A stretch of 64,000 bases of DNA, from assembly GCA_964035575.1 (NCBI GenBank), contig OZ037835.1, positions 1,488,001 to 1,552,000 of the forward strand. The letters run 5' to 3'. The position numbers and the translations under genes are program-made. Below the pieces are notes generated by a model, which saw nothing but the letters and a program-made list of their open reading frames with translations, was not told the DNA's origin and searched no databases. This DNA comes from Rhynchopus sp. YZ270_cl-10. Taxonomy: Eukaryota. Each line of letters opens with the position of its first letter. Position 1 is the stretch's first letter. Shown here piece after piece: positions 12,401 through 22,586 of this stretch.

Positions 12401-15400
12401 AACACACAGCCATCCCAACAGCAGTGACAACCGCTGAGCCGACTGCAGTGCCCGAAACGTATGATTGCGGGGCGTTCATGTGGTACACGGAGAGTACCGA
12501 CTGCCCAGACGGATACGAACTTGCGTCTCGCGACTACGTCTATCAGTGTATTGCTGACATTTGCAACAAGGTTGATTATTGGTCCTTTGTCAAGTTCGCA
12601 GAACCGCAGCAAGCAATAACTGGCAAAGGGACCAATCTAACTTGTGGAACTCAGCCATATAGAAAAAATCCTAATTATGGGTCTGCACTTTGCACACCAA
12701 CCATTCCAACTGAAATGCCTTGCACTCGGGATGTGGTGACTGTGGTTAATTTCACAGACAAGGATAACATTCAGCTCCCCGTGCCGACAACTAACGAGAC
12801 ACTGTTTGGGGGTATCATTCAGGTTGAGATGGACGTTATTATCAATGCATACACCAATTACGGGTGTTTTGTTGAGTTCGGTAGCGGCATCAGCAACAAC
12901 AATTTTATTATTGGACAGTTCCAAACCACAGGGCATCTGTATGTCAGCAGCACTTGGGGAGAACCGAAGTTACGTGTGTTCTACAACAAAACACTGCCGT
13001 TGGGAGAGACGTTTCAGGTTCGGGTCATTTGCGTGCCCATTGACGACGAGACATCAACCTACTACGTGTACATCAACGACGAATTTGTCACAGAGGGGGT
13101 CAGTGAGGCACTCAGATACGTAACTCGTTCGCTTTTCTTGATTGGCGAAAGCAGCTACGGAACCGTCGCCTCAATACCCCACATACCCCTCGACGGCAGT
13201 GTCACGAACTGTGTCATGTTAATGTGTCCTGGGGATACACCTGCCCCGCCAACTGCTATTCCAACTACGCCACCCCTGACAGAGACTCCTTCAGGGGACA
13301 CTAACACATCAACGTCTCCTTCGGTGGAGACAGCGGCACCACCGATGGAGGACACAGACACACCGATGCCACCTGCTGAGACACCTGCAGGTGATACGGA
13401 TTCTGCGTCCTCTGGAAGCACGGTTGTGGCAGTGCTTGTGACTGCAGGCCTTTGTATCATGTCTGCGTTGGTTTACAGCTGCTATCGCCTCTGTGTCGCG
13501 CAGCGGGGTAGAATGGACAACGACGAGTATTGTGCGGAGATGCGTCTCATAAGCTCGGACTCACAAGAGAACCCTGAGTTTGCTCCTGATGTTCTTTCCG
13601 ACGGCATTCTGGCATCGGTGCAGAGCACTGGTGAGAGCGTTCCGGTGAGTCTTCCCTCGGGTCCGCACGTCGAAGGCCCATCAGACCCTGTGTACGCGTC
13701 GTGGGTGAAGGACCGCGAGGTCGGCAGTGGTGCCTACGGTGTTGTGTACGTCGGACACCTGTCGGACGGGCGTGTGGTGGCGATGAAGGAGCAGACCTCT
13801 GCGACACGTGCAGATGCAGACGAGGCAGTTGCGAACCTGGAGCTGCTGCGCCGTCTGCGCCACCCACACCTGACGGAGATGTACGACGTGTGCTACGACG
13901 TGCCTGGACGGCGCATCTGCTGGCTCATGGAGTTCGTCTCGGGTGGGTCGCTTGGTGCATACGTGCGCAACCTTGGGCACAAGCTGGAGGAGGCGAAGGT
14001 GGTGTTCTACATGCGGCAGGTCCTGCAGGCAGTGAACTTCCTGCACATGAACAACGTTGTGCACCGTGACATCAAGGGCGAGAACATTCTCCTCACACGT
14101 GAGGGCACTGCGAAGCTCTGCGACTTTGACTCCATCAAATGCTGCGACAGCAACGGCACCGACTACAAAACCACTGAAAGCAGGGTCCGCACACAGATGA
14201 TGAGCACACAGTACAACACCTTGATGGGAACACCGAACTGGATGGCACCCGAGATGCTTGGGCAGTTGGCTGGATTTGTGGAGGCGGGGCCTGCGTGCGA
14301 CATCTTCAGCTTCGGGAGCACTGTGTCTGAGGTGTTGAACGAGGGTGTGCCTCCTGGGAACTTTGAGGGTGTGTGGGTGCATCTGGTCAAGACGATGCAG
14401 TTCCCGCCTGTGAACATGGTGCAGGACGTGTCGCCTGAGGCCACAAGCTTCCTGTGTGCGTGTCTGAAGCGTGACCCTGAGGAACGCCCCACAGCAGGAG
14501 AGCTTCTGGAGGACCCGTTCATGACACGTTGGACAGATGCCCACATGACTGTGTCAGACACGACGTCCTGCCGACTGCTCACACCTCAACAGATGCAGAA
14601 GAGACAAACAATGCGCCCGCCCCTCGGGAAGGGTGCCTTCGGTGTGGTGTACAGGGCAACTGTGGACGGACGTGACGGACACGTTGCTGTGAAGGAAGTG
14701 CAGCTGGACGTTTCACACACGAGCAAGGCACGAGAACGTGTGGAGCGTGAGTTTGTGCTGATGCGTGAGCTGCACCACCCACACATTGTGCCGTACCTCG
14801 GACACATATGGCGTGACGGGACGTTGCTCGAGATCTTTATGGAGTACATGCCAGGTGGGTCTGTGCGCAACCTGCTGCGTGCACGCAGGAAGGGGCTGGA
14901 CGCAAGCACGATCTGCGAGTACACGAAGCAGGTGCTTCTTGGGCTGGAGTACCTGCACAGGGGTGGGAACGGGTTTGCACCGATTGCACACCGTGACGTG
15001 AAGGCGGAAAACCTGCTGCTGTCGATAGATGCGACAGTGAAGCTGTCTGACTTTGGATGCAGCAAGCTGTTTGAGTCGTCGTCTGAGGAAGTGAGCTTTG
15101 GTGCTGCTGGTGCGCAGACGTGTGTGGGGACGCCGTTCTGGATGGCGCCAGAGGTGCTGCAGCAGCGCACGGAGCGCAGTGGTGACTACGGGACACGGTG
15201 CGACGTGTGGTCGCTGGGGTGCACGGTGATTGAGATGCTGGGTGTGACACCGTGGCGAGCGAACGCACGTGAGGGCGAGCACGAGGTTCTGATGCGCATT
15301 CTGACAAGCACAGGTGGCCCGCCGATACCTGCAGCTGCGCCGCCTGCACTCACAGCCTTCCTCGCACGCTGCTTTGTGCGCGACCCTGCCTTGCGCCCGT

Positions 15401-15483
15401 CTGCACAGACGCTCCTCGAAGACGCTTACATCACACTTGGTGCAGACGAAGACGATGGCACAGCCTTGGAGCCTTTGCTCTGA
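9478..15483 (+). CDS. Single-pass receptor, ~2001 aa: signal peptide, six LamG/concanavalin-A-like repeats, APT-like module, PT stalks, TM helix, two tandem STE11/MAP3K-like kinase domains
   Basis: ATG 9478 gives signal peptide MRRHIMYAAAFLLLLVSEVVS; ~175-aa repeats with GRFVDIGNGASSDNFIIG/LPLGETFHV/YVTRS..LIGESS motifs; TM VVAVLVTAGLCIMSALVY; kinase 1 GSGAYG, VAMK, HRDIKGEN, DFD, GTPNWMAPE; kinase 2 GKGAFG, VAVK, HRDVKAEN, DFG, GTPFWMAPE. Confidence 0.92.
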   Translation: MRRHIMYAAAFLLLLVSEVVSQPTELPCDRAVETIVQFADKDSIQLPVPPSNTTLFGGIIQVDLDVIINAYTNYGRFVEFGSGISNNNFIIGQFQTTGHLYVSSTWGEPKLRVFYNKTLPLGETFHVRVICVPIDDETSTYYVYINDKFVTEGVSEALRYVTRSLFLIGESSYTIASIPHIPLDGSVTNCVMLMCPPPTAVPCARDVVTVVQFADKDNRQLPVPPSEETLFGGAVQVDMDVIINTYTNYGRFVDIGNGASSDNFIIGQYKNTGHLYVSSTWTAPKLRVIYNETQLPLGKTFHVRVICVPIDDETSTYYVYINGVFVIEGVSEALRYVTRSEVLIGESSFTIGTIPHIDLDGSVTNCVMLMCPPPTAVPCTRDVVTVVQFTDKDNIQLPVPPTNETLFGGAVQVDMDVIINAYTNYGRFVDIGNGASSDNFIIGQYKNTGHLYVSSTWTAPKLRVIYNETQLPLGETFHVRVICVPIDDETSTYYVYINDEFVTEGVSEALRYVTRSEVLIGVSSFTIGSIPHIPLDGNVTNCVMVMCPGDTPAPPTAIPTAEHTAIPTAVPTAEPTATPTVPTDIPTAVPDTIPTKMQCDGKVVTVVNFTDKDNIQLPPTSVTLFGGAVQVEMDVIINAYTNYGRFVEFTNGIGDDNFIIGQFKTTGHLYVSCTWGEPKLRVFYNKTLPLGETFQVRVICVPIDDETSTYYVYMNDKFVTEGVSEALRYVTRSLFLIGESSYGTVASIPHIPLDGSVTNCVMLMCLVDTFAPPTAIPTAVPAWIPTEMPCTRDVVTVVNFTDKDNIQLPVPPTSVTLFGGIIQVDLDVIINAYTNYGRFVEFGSGISNNNFIIGQFKSTGHLYVSCTWGEPKLRVFYNKTLPLGKTFHVRVICVPIDDETSTYYVYINDEFVTEGVSEALRYVTRSLFLIGESSYTTAYIPHIPLDGSVTNCVMLMCPGDTPAPTAIPTAIPTAEHTAIPTAVTTAEPTAVPETYDCGAFMWYTESTDCPDGYELASRDYVYQCIADICNKVDYWSFVKFAEPQQAITGKGTNLTCGTQPYRKNPNYGSALCTPTIPTEMPCTRDVVTVVNFTDKDNIQLPVPTTNETLFGGIIQVEMDVIINAYTNYGCFVEFGSGISNNNFIIGQFQTTGHLYVSSTWGEPKLRVFYNKTLPLGETFQVRVICVPIDDETSTYYVYINDEFVTEGVSEALRYVTRSLFLIGESSYGTVASIPHIPLDGSVTNCVMLMCPGDTPAPPTAIPTTPPLTETPSGDTNTSTSPSVETAAPPMEDTDTPMPPAETPAGDTDSASSGSTVVAVLVTAGLCIMSALVYSCYRLCVAQRGRMDNDEYCAEMRLISSDSQENPEFAPDVLSDGILASVQSTGESVPVSLPSGPHVEGPSDPVYASWVKDREVGSGAYGVVYVGHLSDGRVVAMKEQTSATRADADEAVANLELLRRLRHPHLTEMYDVCYDVPGRRICWLMEFVSGGSLGAYVRNLGHKLEEAKVVFYMRQVLQAVNFLHMNNVVHRDIKGENILLTREGTAKLCDFDSIKCCDSNGTDYKTTESRVRTQMMSTQYNTLMGTPNWMAPEMLGQLAGFVEAGPACDIFSFGSTVSEVLNEGVPPGNFEGVWVHLVKTMQFPPVNMVQDVSPEATSFLCACLKRDPEERPTAGELLEDPFMTRWTDAHMTVSDTTSCRLLTPQQMQKRQTMRPPLGKGAFGVVYRATVDGRDGHVAVKEVQLDVSHTSKARERVEREFVLMRELHHPHIVPYLGHIWRDGTLLEIFMEYMPGGSVRNLLRARRKGLDASTICEYTKQVLLGLEYLHRGGNGFAPIAHRDVKAENLLLSIDATVKLSDFGCSKLFESSSEEVSFGAAGAQTCVGTPFWMAPEVLQQRTERSGDYGTRCDVWSLGCTVIEMLGVTPWRANAREGEHEVLMRILTSTGGPPIPAAAPPALTAFLARCFVRDPALRPSAQTLLEDAYITLGADEDDGTALEPLL

Positions 15484-16159
15484 CCACATGCACGGTACGC
15501 GTACTGACAGCTCTTTACGACTGTGGATGTTGGTGCACGAAGAGAGTCACCTTCTTTGTCTGCTGGTTAACAAGAGCACTATCGCATGCCTTGTTCACCT
15601 GTGGAGTGCGACACGTTTACTCCCCCGATGTTGCTGTTACTGCAGTAGGTGGCTGTGTGTGCGAAGCGTGATGAGAAGCTCTGGGATCTGCTGAGGATGC
15701 TGTGTGTGCTAACGATACTATCCTCACCCACCCCTGTTACGGCGTACGAGCGATAAAGTTTTGTTGTGGTGTCATGTTTACGAATGCGCCGAACGTCTAC
15801 CGTTTACCGTTTACCGAAGTATATTTTGCATTTTGTTTTGGGTTTTTTTGGGGTTCTTTAGCAAGGGATCGATTCTCTTGGGCAGGGTAGAGTGGGAGGG
15901 GGTTTGTCAAGGAGTTATTTCGAAATGGTCCCCTCGTTTCTTTTTTATTGATCCATTTCATACTTAGCAGTCTGCCTGAGTTCAGACGGACTATGGTCGA
16001 CTTTGAAAGTCAGCGATAGTCCATCTCAAGCCCGCGGTGGACTTAAGGTTGACTTGAGATGGCGGGCTTGGTGGATTCAGTCAAAAGTCCGTCTCAATTC
16101 GGGCGGGTCTTAGTGGGATTTTGTTTGTGATGGATTCAGGCGGGCTAGAAAGTATTCAC

Positions 16160-18152
16160 AGGAGGCACGGCACTTTTGTGGAATTTTGTGGAATTTTGTG
16201 GAATTTCAAAAACTCTTTTTTGTGGGCAAAAATTGGTGGGAAAATATTTTTGGTACCTGTATTTCCCCCACTGTAATTTTCCTCTATAATTTTTTTCACC
16301 ACTCATAATTTTTTTTACTGCATAATTTTTTTTTGCGTGCGTGAGTACTTTTTTTTGAGAAGTGGTCTGACGCTTACCAAGAAAAAAAATTACCGTGCCC
16401 TAAGGGGAAAAAGTAGAAGTCGGGGGAATTTTTTTTTGATTTCGGCTCTCGGGAGTCTGTGTGTGCTGTGATGGGGTCAATTTGCGCTGAAAAATGTACA
16501 TTTTTTACCTAAAATACATATTTGAGTTATTGAGGGCTCCCCTTTATAATTTTTTTTTCTACACCCCACCCCCTCCCTACCTCTTTGAAACAGTCAAAAA
16601 AGAAATCAAAATAAAAAAAAAAAAAAAAAAAACAGCAGAAAAAGAGACCAAAAAAAAAATGATATAATAACAAGGGAGAGCAAGTAGGTTATTTAAAGTA
16701 GGTTGACGACACCGAAACCCCAATAAAAAAAATGTGTCCGTTTATGGTGTCAACGTTAAAGACTACCAGAAGCAGCTCAGTGCATTCTGAAAAAAATAAG
16801 CGAGCGATTCTAGGCTATATATGTTCATGAAGCCAATGAATCTAGATAAAGGTCCTATTTCAAAGAATTCCCACAAACAAACACCACTTTTATTTTTACT
16901 TTTTTTCAACAAACCAAATAAAAAGAAAAAAAAACTCTTTTTCACCACTGGAAGGGACTAGACCTCGTACTTGACCCTTTCAGTGAGACGTCAGACCAAT
17001 GTATTACATTGCCACACCCTGGGTAAGCTGTGCAGTCTGTAGGCCTACTACAAAAACCGCAAAACTTTGGAAAAAAAAAAGAACGAAGATAATAGGTATA
17101 TCGCAGTAGTAATTTGGTCGTGGTTTACCAATGGTAATGTCCACGACGCAGTTTATATGGTTGTACTCAACGCGTACTATGTCACTAGTGATGAGTATTT
17201 TTCTCGCAGGAGCGATTTGGTCTTGGTGGGCATCTTAGCTTTCCCATTTTTTAAGGGACAATAGCCTTGAGACTAAGACTCCAGGACACATATTAAATTG
17301 TTTGCAATGCACGTTTTGCTATCTCTTTGTACTACTCTAGTCTTTGTGTAGGTGTTTCAATACAATGGACAATGGATGATTAAACTGGTTTTAATCATTG
17401 CTTGGACGGCGAACTACTAAGTCCAGAAAATTCAGTATGTTTTTCACTTTTTCTATTTTTTACTTTTATTTTATTTCTCTTTCTTGTGTGTTTGCTGAGG
17501 TTTTCTATCTGATACACATACAGGATGTGTTGGTATTTGTTTGGATTGGTAGCAATTATTGCACGGAATACTATACGTATACACGGCAGCCATCAAGACC
17601 AAGACTCTTTAGGTTACTCTTCCTCCTGGTGATCAGACATTACATCCAGTAAGGACAGAGAAAGGAATAAGAAAAAAGAAAAAAAAAACTTTTGTATTTT
17701 GTGTATTCCCGAAACAAAAAACTGAAGTAGAAGGTACCAAATGTTCACACGAACATCGGTTTCACGATATTCACCCACCATTTAAAGGGAAATCACTGAA
17801 GATGTCCACCCTTTTGAATACAACTGTATGATTCTTAGGACTGAAACAGGGTTAATATCAGAAACCAATCTACTGAAGTTTCAACTTGTGCACGAAGCAT
17901 TTTACTTTTCTTTTCTACGTTTTGCAAAACACACAACATAAAAAGAAAGATGGGACCATTTTTGTTGATCCCTCACCATATACTATCAATTTATTGATTG
18001 CATATGATGAAAATACTTTCTACATAATTTTTTTCCCTGGAATCTCAAAAAAAAAGTACGCACGCAGACGCTTACCAAAAATAAAAATTACCGTGCCCTT
18101 ATAAAAAATTCCACAAAATTCCACAAAATTCCACAAAAGTGCCGTGCCTCCT
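16160..18152. mobile_element. ~2-kb TIR element (AGGAGGCACGGCAC termini), no intact transposase
   Basis: ~45-bp inverted termini including (TTTTGTGGAA)x3 / (TTCCACAAAA)x3; no clear TSD. Confidence 0.7.
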
Positions 18153-18179
18153 TAGGGTACCTTTTTTGGTCCGATCTCC

Positions 18180-19270
18180 TTCTAAGGTGCTCGCTCTCCA
18201 TACCTAGACCCTCGAATTTTTTTTTTTGCCCCTATATAGGGGAGCCTATACCGGTAATTTTGGCTCCTTTTGATTTTAAATTAAAATTTCTAAGTCTTTT
18301 TTGACCTACGACCCCGGCAATGCATTTTTTGGGACTCTGTGGACTCAAATGAGCAAAAATTTAAACAAAATGCTGCCCGTTGACTCATTTAAACGCACAT
18401 TTTGTTGAAAATTGTCATTTTACACTGGATTTGTCTTTGCCATTTTCAGTTTTTTTGCAGATTTTTTTCAAAAAAAAATTTGAAGAAAAAAGGCTCAAAA
18501 GTGCCTGAAACCCGGCGGAAAGTGATTTTTGGTGAGGTATATAGGGTAGTTTCATCTATTTTTGGGTTTTTTTGCCGAAAGGCGCCAAATTTTCCGAGCC
18601 AAATGAAGGAATAGCCGGTGCATAGGCTCCCCTACCCTATATAGGGCTAATTTCGACGATTTGAGGCCATTAAAAGCAAAATTTGGCACTTTTGAGCATC
18701 TAGGGGGGTCTAAAACGCGGTTCCGCGAACCCAAAATTTCGTGATTTTTACCACAGACAAGTCGATTTTTGGAAAAATCTCAAAAAAAAAAATCCCAATT
18801 TTTTTTTCGCAAGTGTTTTTGAGGCCTGCTCACTACACCCTAGGCACCCTTCTGGGACCAAAAAGTCAAAAAAAGCAAGAATTGGGCTGTTTTGAGCATC
18901 TAGAGTTTATTCCCCAGCCATTTTCTGCACCACCAGTGCACTTTGTATGGGCCAGCGCCTTGTCAAAAAATCGAAAAATCTCAAAAAAAAAAAATTTTTT
19001 TTCCGGGAAAATTTCGACCACTGAGGTGGGTCTTTGGGCACCAAAAAATGCAAAAAAAATGCAAAAATCGGGTGTTTTGACCATCTGTGGTCACACAAAA
19101 CACACTTCTGTACGAGCCTACACCAATACAGTGGTAATACAAGGCGATTTTTGACCAAAAAAAAAATTTTTTTTTTCGCCCAAAATCGGGCGTGGTACGT
19201 CATAAAATGGCCCAAAAAATCCAAGGAAAACCTTCGATTGGGCAAATTATGAAAAAAAATTTCAAGTCAA
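18180..19270. repeat. Dispersed AT-rich repeat family (TTTTGAGCATCT / CTGAGGTGGGTCT blocks)
   Basis: Related to 7560-7830 (same strand) and 3400-3640 (reverse strand). Confidence 0.7.
18237..18634. mobile_element. MITE with TAGGGG...CCCCTA termini, 7-bp TSD CCCTATA
   Basis: TIR TAGGGGAGCCTAT; CCCTATA at 18230-18236 and 18635-18641; an uninterrupted host copy is present in reverse at ~3570-3635. Confidence 0.8.
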
Positions 19271-19677
19271 ATTTTCAACCAAAATACGGTCATTTTGTTC
19301 ACACAGTGATTCTACGTCATGCTGGCTTCCTGTGCAGAACTCCAGCAATTCACCAATGCCGGCATCTATCTTTCCATTATCGCCATTGCACTTCGTGTGT
19401 TACCAACGTGCTCAAGAAATGACGTGCTGTCACACTCCAACCAGAGTATCGAACCCGTACGTACATAACGAAGATACACGAGCCCACCCAAAGGCGGAGG
19501 GTCTAGCCGAAGGCGGACGAGCTAGCCCAATCCGGACGAGCGAGCCTCAATCTAGACGAGCGAGCCTCATAAAGCACACCAGCTCCAATCTGACGGGGAA
19601 CTTCGAGCCTCTAAGCCCAGAGAAAGAACCTGGCCACCGGAGGGCCCTAACGGCCCGACGAGGAGGCGCCCCATAGG

Positions 19678-19889
19678 CATAGTGTGCAGACGAACAAAAT
19701 GTTCGTCGATGTTCGTCGTGGGGGGGGAAAATTTTTTTGTTCGTCGTTGTTCGTCGATGTTCGTCGTTGTTCGTCGTGGGTTGCCCTTGTGGCAGGGACC
19801 TGTTCGTCGATGTTCGTCGACGAACATCGACGAACAAAACCGACGAACATTTTGTTCGTCGGTCCAAAAATGTTCGTCTGCACACTATG
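19678..19889. mobile_element. 212-bp MITE, CATAG termini, 6-bp TSD CATAGG
   Basis: TIR CATAGTGTGCAGACGAACA; CATAGG at 19672-19677 and 19890-19895; interior is an array of TGTTCGTCG motifs. Confidence 0.9.
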
Positions 19890-21392
19890 CATAGGGCGCT
19901 GGGGCCAAGGGACTTAAGTCGCCCTAACGCTTCGCTAAGTACCTGGAAAAATCCCTAAGGAAAAAAGTGGAAAAAAAGTGTCTCAAAATTGACATCTATT
20001 TTTGGACCTTTTTGCTGGGTAGGTTTGGGTCGGTCCGACCTGACCCTACTGAGTCGGTTTAAGTCGGGTTGGTAGCCTTGTCCCCTATCATCTCCCCTCT
20101 CCCCCTTTTAATACAAGGGCAGTCTCGTGACTATGTAACCTACAAAACCACCATTTAAGCACCTCAGTATCATACCCCATCTAAGCACCCTCAACCCTCA
20201 TCCACACAGATTCGCCTCCTTAAACCTGCAAACCTGCAAACCTTCTAACACCTCAGAGGGCAAGGCCCGCAAACCCTTATTCCAATGGAAGAATTTTTCA
20301 AAAATTCTCTATACTTCCTATGACTGGACCCAACTCCCCTCACTATTTTTCCCCCCTAAAAAACGCCAAAAACGCCCAAAAAATTCTGCCAAAAATATCA
20401 AAAATATCAAAAATGCGCATTTTTGCCGTGCCTCCACAACTTTCCTTTTATATTTGGCTCTTTCTTGTTAACATATCAGTTTTCAAAGAAAAAAAGAAAA
20501 GGGAAAAGGAAAAACCAGAATTGCAACACCTGACTGAGTGTGGAAGGGAAGCGTACAGCTAACAAACGCACCCCCCTGTTTCGTTTCCCATTTTTCTGTG
20601 TGGGTGAAGAGAGCTATTGACACGGCATTTTTTACAGTAGGACAAGCAACTTGACGGACAAATAATATTGGCGGATTTTGGGGGTTTCTTGTAGTTGGCG
20701 ACTTTTTTGGTCGCCAGTATTAATAGGTAGGTGGTTCTTAGTCACATTGGTTGGGAAGTACCAATTTTTGGTAAAGTTTTTGTGCCTCCCTTTATCTTAC
20801 TGTGTGTATTTTTGGGTGGCTGTGTGAGTGCGTGGCGCGGAGCTAATGTTCGACTTTAATGATACGCTGCACCTGGTACACTGAAGGGGCACCTTTTGTG
20901 TTTCTTGTACTTCTTTGAATCAATAAGAACCGCCATCCCACTAAATAACTTGTCGACCAAATAACATTAGCGGGTTTTGGGGGTTTTCTTGCAATTAACG
21001 ACTTTTTTGGTCGCCAATATTATTGTCCTACTGTACATTGAACCTTCGTGTTATAAGCTTGCATCCCATCCCTTCCACCACGGAACACCCAAAACTCCGT
21101 GTGAAAAGCACGTTCATCATCATTACGTGTTCTAGTGTTTGTCTGACATCGCTTTTTGTTTAGTTTAGTTACGGTTAGTATTTTTGTTTTGTTTTTGTTT
21201 TTGTTTTTTGTTTGTTTTTTTGCATCTCCCCACTTCGCCCCACAAAAGGCTTGTCTTTTAGACAGGTGTTCTGTGACTGTTGTAGCGGTGCATACCCGAG
21301 AAATATACGCCCAGATGACGAACACCAAAAAACATATGGCAAAACCAACAAAAAAGACATACCTCACGCAATTTTTTCGGGGGGGGGGGGGG

Positions 21393-22584
21393 TAGGGGAT
21401 ACGACTCCAGCCATTTTGGCTGGGACCAAACGCACGGAAAATTCATTTGGCATTATCTGGCCATCTCCAAGGCAACTGCGGGTGAAAAACACCCTCAGAG
21501 TGGGTCACAGGGGGCCTGTGGGTCGAAAAACGACCCAGAAGCCACCCCAGAATACAAAAAAATGGAAAAAAATAGTGAAAAAACGGCTTTTTTCACGTTT
21601 TGGCCACTTTGGGCAAAATAGCGATTTTTCGAGAAAAAAATCAAAAACCGGGATATTTTTTGACATCACAAAGCCTCCTTTGGCACAAATATACCCCAAA
21701 AGTGGCCTGTGAGTCCATTCCAACCTGTTTTGGACATATTTGACACTTTTGGAAGTGTTTTTTTGGTGTTTTTAGGTCAAAAAAATGCCCAAGACGTCCC
21801 CAAGACATCCCCAAGACACTTTGCACACCCCCTGTTACGGTCATATTTTTTTCGTTTTTTTGCCTGAAACCCCCAAAATACCCCTCCCGGACCCCACATA
21901 GTCCCGAATATCCATCACACACCCACTCAGAGTGAGTAGAAGCACCCCAAAAAAAATATTTTTTAAAGCCCTTCAACTTCAACATGGATGCTGCCGAAAC
22001 TGAAGCACAATTTTAGGGCTTTAAAAAATATTTTTTTTGGGGTGCTTCTACTCACTCTGAGTGGGTGTGTGATGGATATTCGGGACTATGTGGGGTCCGG
22101 GAGGGGTATTTTGGGGGTTTCAGGCAAAAAAACGAAAAAAATATGACCGTAACAGGGGGTGTGCAAAGTGTCTTGGGGATGTCTTGGGGACGTCTTGGGC
22201 ATTTTTTTGACCTAAAAACACCAAAAAAACACTTCCAAAAGTGTCAAATATGTCCAAAACAGGTTGGAATGGACTCACAGGCCACTTTTGGGGTATATTT
22301 GTGCCAAAGGAGGCTTTGTGATGTCAAAAAATATCCCGGTTTTTGATTTTTTTCTCGAAAAATCGCTATTTTGCCCAAAGTGGCCAAAACGTGAAAAAAG
22401 CCGTTTTTTCACTATTTTTTTCCATTTTTTTGTATTCTGGGGTGGCTTCTGGGTCGTTTTTCGACCCACAGGCCCCCTGTGACCCACTCTGAGGGTGTTT
22501 TTCACCCGCAGTTGCCTTGGAGATGACCAGATAATGCCAAATGAATTTTCCGTGCGCAAAAAATGGCTGGAGTCGTACCCCCTA
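21393..22584. mobile_element. Foldback element, ~580-bp inverted arms, 42-bp spacer
   Basis: TAGGGGATACGACTCCAGCC ... GGCTGGAGTCGTACCCCCTA; spacer 21973-22014; flanked by poly-G; second copy at 62850-63969. Confidence 0.92.
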
Positions 22585-22586
22585 GG

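Noticed and set aside
13547..15489. Conserved antisense ORFs over the kinase cassettes and 43210-44493
   Set aside because: Shadows of GC-rich coding sequence; they recur only because the sense DNA is near-identical.
16700..18050. Transposase inside the 2-kb TIR element (also checked 36100-37450)
   Set aside because: No long ORF and no recognisable DDE motifs by eye.
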